NCBI GenBank assembly: GCA_977017645.1
Contig: OZ360230.1
Coordinates: 35,340,001 to 35,404,000, forward strand
Origin: Torpedo marmorata
Lineage: Eukaryota
Length of the DNA: 64,000 nt
Direction: 5' to 3'
Under the pieces are notes generated by a model, which made no database searches, was not told the origin of the DNA, and saw only the letters and a list, made by a program, of their open reading frames with translations. Shown here one piece after another: positions 12,418 through 25,752 of this stretch. Every line of letters begins with the position of its first letter. Within the stretch, counting starts at the first letter, position 1. Both the position numbers and the translations under genes were made by a program.

Positions 12418-12521
12418 TTTCAAAACGTATCGAGGGTATAGGTCAATTGGGTGTAATTGGGCAGCACTGGGTTGTGGGCCGAAAGGGCCTGATACCGTGC
12501 TGAATGTCTAAATTAAATTAA
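12418..12521 (+). mobile_element. V-SINE 3' half
   Basis: GGTCAATTGGGTGTAATTGGGCAGCAC...GGGCCGAAAGGGCCTG...(TAAAT)n, as in the other SINE copies. Confidence 0.7.
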
Positions 12522-15164
12522 ACATTTCCAAGTTTTTAATTCAGTTAAGCATTTGACAAATTTTTTATTTAATTGCATGTCCCTACATTATTTTCTTATT
12601 CCACGGTGTTACCTTTTTTAAATAAAAGCACTTTGGTTCAATATTTTTCTCCTTGTTTTTTCCCCCCAATTTTTTATGGTTCTTCCTTTATTGCTCTGAA
12701 ATCTTGACTAGTCATCTCAATGGGTCATGTCTTAATGGATCAAGGCAGAATGCAGTGCCAGCACCCCACAGCTCAAATATAAATTGAAATGCAAATATTT
12801 GGAAATGAGAGCTGATGTAGGAGGGAGGACGAGTAGCAGTGGGGATGGGAAGAGGAGGGTAATAGGATATCCAGCAATATGACAAACATTGAATCAATGG
12901 TGAAAGAATGTGCATAAGAGCTAAAATGGGTACAAAATATTTATGTCTGGTTATGACCACTGGCAATCATCCAAGTAATGCTCCATTGCCACAGCAAGCC
13001 TGTAAAACAGTTCTAACACAGGTTTGTTTATATTTTATTTATTTTTTAAAAAGCCCTTGTTGTGATTGTTTTAGACTTTTATCATTCATTGACAAAGCAC
13101 GTTGGGAAATTTATCTCCTGCTTTGATTAGGCTGCTCACATCTTTGAAATGAGTTGAGAGGGTTCATGAAGATAAATGATAACAAGCAAAATGAGGGTGT
13201 CAATAGATCTTCAAAAATACAGCAGAGAAAATCAGTGTGCTTAACACATAAAATAAAGGAAATGATTTTAAAGCTACTAAAATGTGGACCTTTGCATTCT
13301 TAAAGTAACTTAGATATTATCGATGTGTATTTGTTCAGAAGAGGTAAAACCACAGCTTAAAGTTAAGTTATGATAGCAGGGAACCCAGGGTCAATAGGAA
13401 AAATAATAATTGTGGCTGGATATTGCAAAAGTTTACACCATGCTAATTATAGTCAACAATATGGACCTTTTGTTTGCAGACTAAAACTCTTGTTGTAATG
13501 TAAGAAACAATGCAAGTTCCTGATTGTCTGAGGCCAAAGATTTTCTCCACTGTTGTGAAAATGTTTAGCTGCATGCCTCTCTGAATCTCATTCTTTGAAA
13601 CTTCCTCAATATACCTGCTTTAACCAGATGGATGTAGGGAATGTCAGAGGATTGCAAGAGCTTGCAAGAGCTTCAACTGTGGCAGCCGGCATTTGTTTCC
13701 ACAGCAGCTCACGAAAGGGAAAACTGAAATCTTAAGTTTGTTGCTGTACTATCTGAGGCTTCAGGGTAGGCTCGAGAGGTCTAATAGGGAGAGGGAAGGG
13801 AGGTGAGGGGGAGTCAGTGGAAGTACTTACAGATATCACAAGTATAGTGGACCTGGGACAAAAAACAGTTGTTTCTTGGGCCATATGCACACAGGAAAGT
13901 CTGAGTGAAGCAAGCCAAAGGCATAGCATGCCAACTGGCAATTATAAACAACATAATCACAATGAACTCAGTTCCCCTTAAAAAGGCTGTTCCTTGATTT
14001 CTGGGTAGCAATTGCATTTTTTGACATCTTGTTCTCAGAGCGTTATCTATTTGGAGTAATGGGCTTCCAGGAGATCTGGAACTGGCTTTCTGCAGCTTTG
14101 CCTAATGACATCCTTGTAAAACTGAAAATAAACAAGCATGCCCTGATACCATAGGATTTATGCATTTGTTAGCTTGATAATGCAACTAACAGCTGGCCCT
14201 TCAAAACTGTGATAACACATTGGAAGAAACCCTGGAGTATGACGTACTGCCAGCATCTCCAATATCAACACCACCTGTTGCATCTACTACAAGCATGGCT
14301 AGATCAGGACATAGACAATGGAACCTAGGGTGTCACCATTGTTACAGCTTTGCAGTCAGGATGTACTGTATGTACAGCAGTTTTTGACAAAGGAGGCATT
14401 TATATAAACTACCAATTCATGCAATCAACTAACTGCTGGGTCTTTCTGTGTTCACATCATGCCTTCTGTAATATTGTGCTTCATATCCTTTGATATCATG
14501 TTACATTATTTTCTTTTTAACATTCCATATCAATGAAAATAAGCTGTGCTGGTATAGCTGGAATAAAATGCAAGCAATTTATTTTCCTCTAAGCAACCTG
14601 TGCTTTGTGGTTTGCAGACTTGATGCTTGCCCTCAATGAATGTTATTAGAGGTTACCATTGAGAAAGTGGTCTCATACAGTGCCCTCCATAATGTTTGGG
14701 ACAAAGACACTTTTTTCCTTTATTTGCCCTTATGCTCCACAATTTTAAATTTGTAATCAAATAATTCACAGATGATTAAAGTGCATACATTCCAGATTTT
14801 ATTCAAGGTTATTTGTATACCTTTTGATTTGACCATGTAGAAATTACAGTAATTTATATACAGTTCCCCCAATTCAAGCCACTGTAATGTTTGGGATGTT
14901 TGGCTTCACAGGTGTTTGTGAGTACTCAGGTATGTTCAATTGCTTCATTGGTGCAGGTATAAGAGAGCTAGGCTTTCTTCTAAGCTTTTGATCACCTTTG
15001 GAGTCTGTAGCTGCCATTTTTTAACATGAGGACCAGAGTTGTGCCAATGAAAGTCAAAGAAGCCATTATGAGGCTGAAAGACAAGAATAACACAGTAAGA
15101 GACATTGCCCAAACCTTAAGATTACCAAAATCAACTGTTTGGAACATCAATAAGAAGAATCATT

Positions 15165-15412
15165 GGGGTGGCACGGTTAGCGTAGCGGTTAGCGCAATGC
15201 TGTTACAGTGCCAGCGATCAGGACTAGGTTTTGAATCCCATGCTGTCTGTAAGGAGTTTGTACGTTCTCCCCATGTCTGCATGGGTTTTCCCCGGGGGCT
15301 CTGGTTTCCTCCCACCCTTCAAAACATACCGGGGGTTGTAGGTCAACTGGGTGTAATTGGGCGGCACGGGCTCATGGGCCGAAAGAGCCTGTTTCGGAGC
15401 TGTATGCCTAAA
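15165..15412 (+). mobile_element. V-SINE inserted in the Tc1 transposase
   Basis: Full head, V-domain and tail; absent from the second Tc1 copy at ~47585. Confidence 0.88.
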
Positions 15413-15602
15413 AAAAAGAGCGTACTGGTGAGCTCAGTAATCGCAAAGGGACTGGTAGGCCTAGGAAGATCTCCACTGCTGATGACAGAAGAATTCTCAT
15501 CATAATGAAGAAAAATCCCCAAACGCCTGTCCGACAGATCAAAAACACTCTTCAGGAGGCAAGTGTGGATATGTCAATGACTACTGTCTGCAGAAGACTT
15601 GA

Positions 15603-15705
15603 TGTCATAAGATGGTTATAATATGAATGTTTGCACTATGATGCTGCTGCAAAACACTGAAATTTCATGGCTTGTTCATGACAATAAATTCTGATTCTGA
15701 TTCTG
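15603..15705 (+). mobile_element. Rex1/Babar LINE 3' tail inserted in Tc1
   Basis: CATGACAATAAATTCTGATTCTGATTCTGA is the reverse complement of the tails at 16717, 24234 and 57537. Confidence 0.8.
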
Positions 15706-17250
15706 AACAGAAATACAGAGGCTACACTGCAATACACAAACCACTAGTTAGCTACAGAAACAGGATGGCCAATTAGTGTTTGCCAAGAAGTATTTAAAAG
15801 AGCCTGGAAAAAAAGACTTGTGGACAGATGAGACCAAGATTAACCTGTATCAGAGTGATGACAAGAGCAAAGTGTGGAGGCGTAAAGGAACTGCCCAAGA
15901 TCCAAAGCATACCACCTCATCTGTGAAACATGGTGGTGGGGTGTTATGGCCTGGGCATGTATGGCTGCCACAGGTATTGGTGCATTTACCATCATTGATG
16001 ATGTAACTGCTGATGGCAGTAGCAAAATTAATTCTGAGGTGTATAGAAACATCTAATCTGCTCAAGTTCAAGCAAATGCCTCCAAACTCATTGGACGGCA
16101 CTTCATCCTAGAGCAAGACAATGATCCCAAACATACTGCTAAAGCTAAAAACTGGAATATTCTTGAATGGCCAAGTCACTCACCCAATCTAAATCTAATT
16201 GAGCATGCCTTCCATATGCTGAAGAGAAAACTTAAGGGGACAAGCTTCCAAAACAAGCAGGAGCTGAAGATGGCTGCAGTAGAGGCCTGGCAGAGCATCA
16301 CCAGAGAAGATACGCAGCTCCTGGTGATGTCTATGAATCACAGACTTCAAGCAGTCATTGCATGCAAGGGATATGTAACAAAGAACTAAACATGACTACT
16401 TTAAAATACATACCATTGCTATGTCCTAAATATTATGGTGCCCTGTAATGAGGGGACTATGTATAAAAAGTGCTGTAATTTCTACATGGTCAAACCAAAA
16501 TGTATACAGTACAAATAACCTTGAATAAAATCTGAAATGTGCACTTTAATCACATGTGAAATGTTTGATTACAAATTTATAACTATGGAGCATAGGGGCA
16601 AATAAAGGAAAAAAAAAGTGTCTTTGTCCCAAACATTATGGAGGGCACTGCATACTTTTCAAGTGCTTCCAGTGAGAACCAGTTTCTAGGTGCCAGTGAC
16701 AATCTTTCAATATTAAATCAGAATCAGAATCAGAATTTATTGTCATGAACAAGTCATGAAATTCGGTGTTTTGCAGCAGCATCATAGTGCAATTAACATT
16801 CATATTAACCATCTTACGACATTACTATAAAAATTATAAATAATAGTGCACAAAAAGTAAGGCAATGTCTTTGGTTCATTGATTATTCAGGAATCTGATG
16901 GCAGCGGGGAAGAAGCTGTCCTTGTGCCGTTGAGTGCTCATCTTTAGGCTCCTGTACCTTTTTCCCGATGGAAGCAGAGTGAAGAGGGCATGGCCTGGGT
17001 GGTGGGGGTCTTTGAGGATAGAGGCTGCTTTTTTAAGACACCGCCTCATGTAGACTTCCTCGATGGAGTGAAGTTTGGTGCCTGTGATGTCACAGGCCGA
17101 GTTAACAACCCTCTGGAGTGGGGGCGTGGCGTGATGGCGTAGGGAGAAGACGCAGAGATACACCTCTCCCAGCAGATTAAGTCAAGAAGCCCTTTTAATC
17201 AACTCTAAAAGTTTTTTAGAATACTCTGAAAAGTGTTATAAACTAATACA

Positions 17251-18624
17251 ATGGCTACTAGAAAAAAAACGAAAGAACAGAAACCTAAGAAGCCTTTGAA
17301 ATCTGTAAAACAACTGTCCTCAATACAAGAAGAAAAGAGGCCTACCTTGGCTTTGGATCCGGGGACTGTCCTGTCGATGGAGCCTAAGGCTCAACGGAGA
17401 AGACGATCAGGTGAGTCGGGAGTGCCGACGCTAACTCCGCAGGGAGCTGCGGAAGATGGCGCCGACACCCGACGTCGAACTACAAAAAAAATCCTAGATG
17501 CACTGCGCATGCGCGAGCCGTTAAGGATCGACGAGCTGCAACGGCAAGCAGCTGGAGAACAGATGACGTTTGCCAAGGCTCCCCAGGCTATGCTACAGAC
17601 TGGGGAGCCAGAAATATCGTCAGATTCGGAAGGAGAGAAAGATATTTTGCAGCTGGGAGAAGAGGACAGTGAGGAAGAGGAAACATCTTCAGAAGGCACA
17701 GAAGATTTAAAGAAGGATATAAGGTTAGTAAAGAAAAGTTGACAAAATGTTTTATTAGCCATTGCAAATTTGGAGAAAAATGTACATAAAGAATTTAACC
17801 AACTTGAACAAAAAATGCAAAATGAGTTTCAGGAGATAAAACAAGATATGAGGAAAATGGATACTAGAGTCAAGAAGGTAGAAGATGATATTGAAGATTG
17901 TAGAGATAGAGTGGATAATATGGAAGATACTTTTACTGGCTGGCAAGAACAACGTGATCAATTAATACAGAAGATGGACCAGATGGAAAATCAAAGTCGG
18001 AGAAACAATGTTAAAATATTGGGACTGCCGGAAGGAACTGAGTCACAAGATATAACTCAATTTTTTCAGATTTGGTTGGTGCAGATATTTAAACTTGACC
18101 AACCAATGGAATTGGAAAGAGCACACAGGATCGGAAGGAAAAATCAAGGTGATCGGAGACCACGTCCAGTTTTGATGAAGTGTCTTAGATATCAAGATAG
18201 GGAAAAATTTTTAAAAATGGCAATACAAAAAGCACGGGACAATAAGGGTCCAATGGTCATAGAAGGAAGTAGAGTTTTCTTCTATCCTGATTTAAGTCCA
18301 ATGGTGGTCAGGCAACGTAAAGAATTTAATCCTGTAAAGGCTATATTGTGGGAGAAAGGATATAGATTTTCGTTTAAGTATCCAGCAATTTTGAGGATTC
18401 AAGATAATGGTGAAAATTTTTTATTGTTTATGGATACCGAAAAGGCTCTTTCTCATGCAAATACTCTTCCTCGTCGGGCGAGAAGTTTTCAGTATATTCC
18501 TGAACAACAAGATCGGGAAAACCAAGTAAATCACGGTGATGTGCTATCTGATGTGTCAAGAGAAAACACCTTAGCTCAAGTTGAAGAAGAACAGGAAGAT
18601 TTAGCTGCAGGAGGAGTTGATTGA
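17251..18624 (+). pseudogene. L1 ORF1p (coiled coil, RRM, CTD) with one in-frame stop at 17740
   Basis: ORFs 17251-17742 and 17770-18624 share a frame; motifs ENQSRRNNVKILGLPEG, ERAHRIG, RPRPV, FYPDLS, YPAILRI. Confidence 0.9.
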
Positions 18625-18901
18625 ATATATGTTGGACAAATATATATCTGTTGGGGGGAGGTGGGTTTACGGACACTTCTTCTGAACCTATCACCACCTT
18701 AGCGGCGAGAGCCGCTTCTCGAACAATGGAGGGGGGTAGCACTGGAAATAGAAGACCAGTGTTTTTTATAGGGGAGTTTTTCTTTTTTTTATTACTTCTG
18801 TCTTTTAATCTAGTTGAGGAGGAAATGTATATACAGCAGAACAAAAGGGAAACGCTGGTGGATTTGATTGATAGGGAATGGTTAATCTTTTTTTTTTGAT
18901 T

Positions 18902-21900
18902 ATGGGGGATTCTAGAAGTATAAATTTAGTAAGTTTTAATATAAATGGGCTTAATAATCCAATTAAAAGAAAAAGAGCTTCGGCATATATTAAAAAGTTG
19001 AAAGTAGATATAGCTTTTCTACAAGAAACTCATCTGACAGATATTGAACATCAAAAATTGAAAAGAGATTGGGTAGGACATGTTATAGCTTCTTCATTTA
19101 ATTCTAGAGCCAGAGGTGTAGCTATTTTAGTTAATAAAAAATTACCTTTTAAGATACAATCGACAGTGATTGATACGGCAGGAAGATATGTTTTGATATA
19201 TTGTCAAATTTATTCAGAATTTTGGACTCTTATGAACTTATATGTGTCAAACCCTGATGATGAACAATTTATCCAAGATGTTTCTCTACATTTATCAGAT
19301 GCTAAAGAAAATATTTTAATTGGCGGAGACTTTAATTGTTGTTTAAATCCAGTAATGGATAAAACTTCTAAAACATCTGTTAGACCTAAAATAGTTAAAA
19401 AGATTATTAACTTGATGGAGGATTTAAATTTGGTAGATATTTGGAGAAAATTGAAACCTAGAGAGAAAGATTATTCATTCTATTCATTTAGACATAATTC
19501 ATTTTCTAGGATAGATTTATTCTTATTATCTTCACAAATTCAGGATAGAATAACACAGGTATCCTACAAAGCAAGAATAATTTCAGATCATTCACCCCTA
19601 TTAATGACATGTATAATCCCGGAGAAGGAAAAAACTGTATATAATTGGAGATTTGACTCCTCTTTATTGAAAAGAAAGGATTTTTGTGAATATATGAGAA
19701 GAGAAATTCAGGAGTTTTTAAGAACAAATAATAATTCGGTTAATGATAAATTTATGATATGGGAAGCTTTGAAAGCCTATCTAAGAGGTTTAATAATAAG
19801 TTTTTCAGCAAAGATTAAAAAAGATTATTTGAAAGAAGAAGAAAAATTAGAGAGGGAGATTGAATTTATGGAAAAGGATTTACAGAGAAATAAGTCCATT
19901 TTTAAGAGAAATCGTTTAGTTAGGAGGAAATTACACTATAATTTATTACAAACTCGTAAGACTGAAAAATTAATTGAAAGAACGAAACAAAGATATTATG
20001 AATTAGGGGAAAAAGCTCATAAGGTTTTATCATGGCAATTAAAAAAAGAGCAAGTTTCTAAAACTATTAATGCTATAAGGAAGAGAAATACTGGGGAAAT
20101 AACTTATAAGCCACAAGAAATAAATGAATCTTTTAAAGATTATTATCAGAATTTATATAGATCTGAGATTGATCATGATGATATGAAGATTAATAGATTT
20201 TTATCTAAAATTACTCTACCTAAACTGAATGTTCAAAGTAAATATTCTTTGGACTTACCTTTTACGATGAAAGAAGTTACTGAGGCAATATCGACGCTGA
20301 AAAGTGGTAAATCTCCGGGTGATGATGGGTTTCCAGTAGAATTTTACAAAGAATTTAAAGATTTATTAATACCTTTATATATGGAGGTATTGAATCAAGT
20401 TACTGAAACTCATTTATTACCGAAGACATTTTTAAACGCTATTATTACGGTTATACCAAAGAAAGATAGAGATGTGTTGAAAACTGAGTCTTATAGGCCT
20501 ATTTCATTGTTAAATGTAGATTATAAAATAATGGCAAAAATTTTAGCAAATAGATTAGCTAAATATTTACCAAATCTAATACATTCAGATCAAGCTGGAT
20601 TTATTAAGAATAGATATTCGAAAGATAATATAGCTAGATTGATAAGTTTGATTAATATATATAAGAAGAAACAAGATTTACCATTGGTGGTAACATTGGA
20701 TGCAGAGAAGGCTTTTGATAGGGTAGAATGGAATTTTTTATTTAAGGTTTTGGAAAAATTTGGATTTGGAGATAATTTTATAAATTGGATTAAAACTATA
20801 TATAAAGAACCTACGGCTAAATGGCAAATATCGCAAAAATGTTTGTTATCAAGATCAACAAGACAGGGATGCCCTCTGTCACCTGCTTTGTTTGTTTTGG
20901 TAATAGAACCTTTAGCTGAAATGATTAAAGAAGATATAAATATAATGGGAATAAAAGTTGGTAGGGAAGAACATAAGATTAGCTTGTTTGCAGATGATGT
21001 ATTAATATATATGACAAAATCTGTTACATCACTTCAGCAATTGGCTACTATATTGATAGAATATGGTGAGATATCTGGATATAAAATTAATTCAGATAAA
21101 AGTGAGATTTTGGCTTTATCTCAAGGGGATTATACTAGATGTAGAGAAGTTACGGACTTTAAATGGGCTAAAGAAAGTATTAAATATTTGGGAGTTAAAG
21201 TGGACACAAAGTTGGAAAATTTGTATAAATTAAACTATACACCTTTATTTATGAAAATAAAAAAAGATTTAGAACTTTGGAATGACCTACCTATAACTTT
21301 GATGGGAAGAGTAAATTGTATTAAAATGAATGTTTTTCTAAGAATTCAATATCTTTTTCAATCCATTCCTTATGGTATTCCAAATAAATTTTTAAAGATT
21401 TAAAATTTGTTATTAGGAAATTTTTATGGAAAGGAAAGTTGGCAAGAGTAAGTATAGATAAATTAACATGGAATTATGAGATGGGAGGGTTACAACTTCC
21501 CCATTTTCAGTATTATTATAAAGTAGCTCAATTAAAGTTTATCAATGAATTTTTTGATTCAACTAAATCTTCTGCTTGGATTAATATAGAATTGAATAAT
21601 ATAGGAGAAATACATAAAGAAGAGATTATTTACAAGTGGAATTCTAAATTGTTATCAGTTAAAAAGAAAAATTCACCAATTATTAAACATTTGTTGGAAA
21701 TTTGGTCACAGGTAGATAAAGAGATAGGTCAAAAAGGATCAATTTCTTTAAATACACCAATATATCAGAATCCGCTTATACCATTTTCTATTGACAATCA
21801 ATTACTTAAAATATGGTTTCAAAAGGGAATTAAGACTGTAAAAGATTGTTTTGAAGCTGGTAGATTTATTACTTTTCAAAGGTTAAAAGAAAAATTTAAT

Positions 21901-22679
21901 ATATTAGATAATACAATGTTAGTTTATTTTCAAGTTAAAGCCTTTTTGATTGAGAGATTAGGGAATGAATTAATAGTACCAAGACAAAATGAATTGGAAT
22001 TGTTAATTACTAAAGCTAATATTAATAAGTTTATATCACAAATGTATAAATTGCTTCAGAGAAAGATGTCTAAAGTAGGGTTGCATACATCTAGATTAAA
22101 ATGGGAATTAGACTTAAATGTTAATATAGATGAAAATCATTGGAAAGATTTATGTAAATTAAGTATGACTAAAGTTATTAATGTTAGATATAGATTAGTA
22201 CAATATAACTTTTTCCATCAATTATATTTAATACCTAAAAAATTGAAGAAATTTAATCCAGCATTATCAGATATGTGTTTTAGATGTAAAATTGAAATAG
22301 GTTCTTTTTTCATTGTACATGGTCATGTTCAAAAATTCAAGATTTTTGGTTGAAAGTTAAGAATTTTTTAGAAAGAATTTTTAATGTTGGATTTACAATG
22401 GATCCTATGTTATTTTTATTTGGAGATATTAAAAAATTTAGTATTAGAAATAGATTAAATATGTACCAAGTAGAATTTTTACGTATAGTATTAGCAGTTT
22501 CGAAAAAGTGTATAGCTATTACTTGGAAGTCAGATGTGGATTTAAGTTTAGAACGATGGCATGCAGAGTTACGCTCATGTATACCACTAGAAAAAATTAC
22601 TTATAACTTGCGAAATAAATATCATTCTTTCTTGAAAATTTGGGGCCCATATATGAGGATTATGGGTTTAGCAATTTAA
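18902..22679 (+). pseudogene. L1 ORF2p (APE endonuclease, RT, CCHC), frameshifted near 21395 and 22305
   Basis: SFNINGLN, LQETH, GGDFN, SRID, SDHSP; YRPISLLN, LDAEKAFD, RQGCPLSP, FADD; C-terminal CFRC. Confidence 0.94.
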
Positions 22680-23354
22680 ATTCTCTGGATATCGGATCCA
22701 CTGGCGAAAATAACCTCTAAGGTAAATTAGTTTTAAATTTGCTGTCTCCTCATCCTATATTTCTATCTTTCCTTTTTCTTTCTTTCTTTTACTATATTAT
22801 ATTTTATTTTTAGAGTAGTGGGGATATAGGGGTTAGGGAGGGGAGGGTGGGAAGGGGGGGAGAAAATGTATATCACATGTATTTTTGAAATATATGCAAA
22901 ATTAATTTATGTATTTTGTGATTTAAAAATTTAAATAAAATATTTTAAAAAAAACAAAAAAAAAAAAAACAACCCTCTGGAATTTACTCTTGTCCTGAGT
23001 GTTGGCGCCTCCATACCAGGCAGTGATGCAACCAGCCAGAATGCTCTCCACGGTACACCTGTAGAAGTTTACGAGAGTCTTCGGTGACATACCGAATCTC
23101 CGCAGACACCTCACAAAGTATAGCCGCTGATGAGCCTTCTTTGTGATTGCATCAACGTGGATGCTCCAGGACAGATCCTCGGAGATGTTGACACCCAGGA
23201 ATTTGAAGTTTTTGTGGCTTTGTGACCTTGTGGCTTTCTGCTACTGATTTTTCCACATCCATGGTTAGGTCTGCCTGGATACACCTGGGCTTCCTCCTCC
23301 AGCTCACTATCAAAATCTCCATGGTGGGTTTACTGCCTTTTGCTTGCTCTGGAT

Positions 23355-23729
23355 CACTGGTTTTCAAACTGCCTCCCTAAACTCACATTCCACCTTAAGT
23401 AATCCCTATGCCATAAGTGCTCTGTGATTAGTAAGGGATTGCTTAAGGTGGTATGTGAGTTGGAAGAAAAAGTTTGAAAACCACTGTTTTAATCGTACCT
23501 AATTGACTCGTTATGTGCACGGTTTCATAACTCCAAAGGAAATGGGCCAAAGACAATTTTTCTCAAGCAAAATATTTCAGTAACAATTGGGTCTAGAGCA
23601 GTAGTTCTCAACCTTCCCTTCCCACTCACATACCACCTTAAGCAATCCCTTACTAATCACAGAGCACTTATGGCATAGGGATTGCTTAAAGTGGAATGTG
23701 AGTCTAGGGGGGCAGTTTGAAAACCACTG
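23355..23729. mobile_element. Composite hAT (Charlie-type) MITE: two inverted units plus a 112-bp spacer
   Basis: Units 23355-23486 and 23599-23729, each with CAGTGGTTTTCAAAC-like TIRs; outer 8-bp TSD CTCTGGAT/CTCTAGAT. Confidence 0.88.
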
Positions 23730-24233
23730 CTCTAGATGAAGCATGCGATGGGTGGTGTGATGAAGTCTCAGCTTCTATAACAGAATTGGGAACATTAGGG
23801 AATTTAGAAATAGAATAGCAAATCAGAATGCTTAGATTCTATCCTTTAAAATATTACTGATACTTCCACATGATGCGATGTGTTGCATCCATTAGTGCGT
23901 GCATTAGTAGATGAATATAAATGAAGCTCTCTGCTTCTCCTGGCTTCTATTGTGTCTGCACTTTCATTGCCAAGTTGACAGATGATTTGTTTAAAACCTC
24001 AGATAGTGGTACAAATGTGTCCTCTCATCATGTAATCAGAAGTAATTTTGCAATCCTTTTTCAAGAGAGCAGGGTTTGACAGCTTGTCCTTCATTTGTTA
24101 ACTTTGGTCTAAGGATGTGGATTTGACTTGCACATGAGTATCTCAAGTTACCCAGAGAAAATCATATTGGGTCACTGTCCTTCCACAGGGTTGTTCTCAG
24201 ACTTTGTCCTAGCAGTGTCAAGTGGCCAGGATG

Positions 24234-25213
24234 TCAGAATCAGAATCAGAATTTATTGTCATGAACATGTCACAAAAGTCATTGTTTTGTGGCAGCATCA
24301 CAGTGAAAACATTTGTATAAAGCACATTACAAAATAAATAAAAATAGTGCAAGAAAAAGAAAAACACAAAGAGAGGTAGTGTCTGTGGTTCATTATTCAT
24401 TCAGAAATCTGATGGCAGAGGGGAAGAAGCTGTCCTTGTGCCACTGAGTGCTAGTCTTCAGGCTCCTGTACCTTTTCTCGATGGTAGCAGAGTGAAGACG
24501 GCATGGCCTGGGTGGTGGGGGTCCTTGAGGATAGAGGCTGCTTTCTTAAGACACCGCCTCTTGTAGATGTCCTCGATGTTCGTGATGTCGCAGGCCAAGT
24601 TAACAACCCTCCTGAGTTTTTTCTTGTCCTGAGCATTGGCACCTCCATACCAGACAGTGATGCAACCAGCCAGAATGCTCTCCACGGTATACCTGTAGAG
24701 GTTTTCGAGAGTCTTTGATGACATATCAAATCTCTTCAAACTCCTCACAAAGTATAGCCGCTGGCGAGCCTTCTTTTTGATTGTATCGATATGGAGGCTC
24801 CAGTACAGATCCCCAGAGATGTACACACCCAGGAATTTGAAGTTCTTGACCCTCTCCACTGCTGACCCCTCGATGACAACTGGTTCGTGTTCTCCTGATT
24901 TCCCCTTCCTGAAGTCTACAATCATCTCCTTGGTTTTTCTAACGTTGAGCGCAAGGTTGTTGTTGTGATACCACTCAAAGAGCTGATCTATCTCCCTCCT
25001 GCACACTTCATTGCCGTTTGTGATTCTGCCGACAACCGTGGTGTCATCAGCAAATTTGTAGATAGCATTTGAATTGTGCCTAGCCACACAGTCATGGATG
25101 TAAAGTGTGTAGAGCAGTGGGCTAAGCACGCATCATTGAGATGCGCTTGTGTTGATCATTAGTGAGGAGGAGAATTTGTTTCCAATTCATACAGACTGTG
25201 GTCATCCGATGAG
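24234..25213 (-). mobile_element. Rex1/Babar-clade LINE, 5'-truncated
   Basis: ORF 24458-25129: LSPLLYTLY, KFADDTTVVG, NVRKTKEMIVDFRK, FKFLGV; (ATTCTG)n tail. Confidence 0.92.
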
Positions 25214-25485
25214 TAGTAAATCTTCCGAAGTGTAGCAAACCTTTCCTCTAGGAGTTTAGGTTAATACATCAGAGCTTAACAAAAGTCCAGGAGTAATTTG
25301 CAATTGGAAATGGTGCCCTGTTTCATTGTGATCATCCATTATAGCCATCAGACATGTACAGTTGTTTCAGATACTTTACATGCGGCTTCAAGCATCATTG
25401 GAAGGAATCACTTTAATTCATACAACTTTATAAATTAAAATGGATAATTTATCATGGCATATGTTTTGATGGTTGGGAACAAATA

Positions 25486-25752
25486 TGTCTACTTTTCTAT
25501 CTAATATGTGTTTATTTATTTGTATATATGAATACTTGTCCTGTACATATATTGTTTGTCTACTTTTCTATCTAATATGTGTTTATTTATTTGAATATAT
25601 GAATACTTGTCCTGTACATGTATTGTTTGTCTGTATGCGTGTTATGTCTGGTTGTGTGTCTGCATGTTTTGCACCAAGGACCGGAGAACACTGTTTCATC
25701 GGGTTGTATTTGTGCAATCAAATGATAATAAACCTGAACTTGAACTTCAACT
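25486..25752 (+). mobile_element. LINE 3'UTR fragment with an (AACTTG)n tail and a 71-bp tandem duplication
   Basis: GCACCAAGGACCGGAGAACACTGTTTC...AATAAACCTGAACTTGAACTT; homologous to 42750-42870, 56396-56560 and 60260-60410. Confidence 0.7.

Larger units (their letters stand above)
15026..16389 (+). pseudogene. Tc1 DDE transposase, disrupted
   Basis: HTH (RDIAQTLRLPKSTVWNI) and catalytic motifs WTDETKINL, QDNDPKHTAK, SPNLNLIEH; frameshifts and two insertions. Confidence 0.9.
14678..16650 (+). mobile_element. Tc1/mariner DNA transposon of IR/DR type, both ends present
   Basis: ~220-bp TIRs starting CAGTGCCCTCCATAATGTTTGGGACAAAGACAC, with inner direct repeats. TA on the left, CA (mutated TA) on the right. 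Confidence 0.93.
17120..22967 (+). mobile_element. Full-length L1-clade LINE
   Basis: G-rich 5' end, ORF1, ORF2, G-rich 3'UTR, AATAAA, poly(A). TSD AACAACCCTCTGGA at 17104-17117 and 22968-22981. Confidence 0.96.
16717..23212 (-). mobile_element. Rex1/Babar-clade LINE 3' part, split by a full-length L1
   Basis: (ATTCTG)n tail; peptides FYRCTVESILAGCITAWYG and RRCLKKAASILKDPHHPGHALFTLLPSGKRYRSL continue across the L1. Confidence 0.88.

Noticed and set aside
17104-17117. Possible targeting of this L1 family to Rex1/Babar 3' ends (also 57762)
   Set aside because: The two sites are at different positions with different sequences, a third copy (5475) sits elsewhere, and the host repeat is abundant.
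18621-18899. 92-aa ORF between L1 ORF1 and ORF2
   Set aside because: TTG start and T-run-derived residues; it looks like an inter-ORF spacer, and only one copy is available for comparison.
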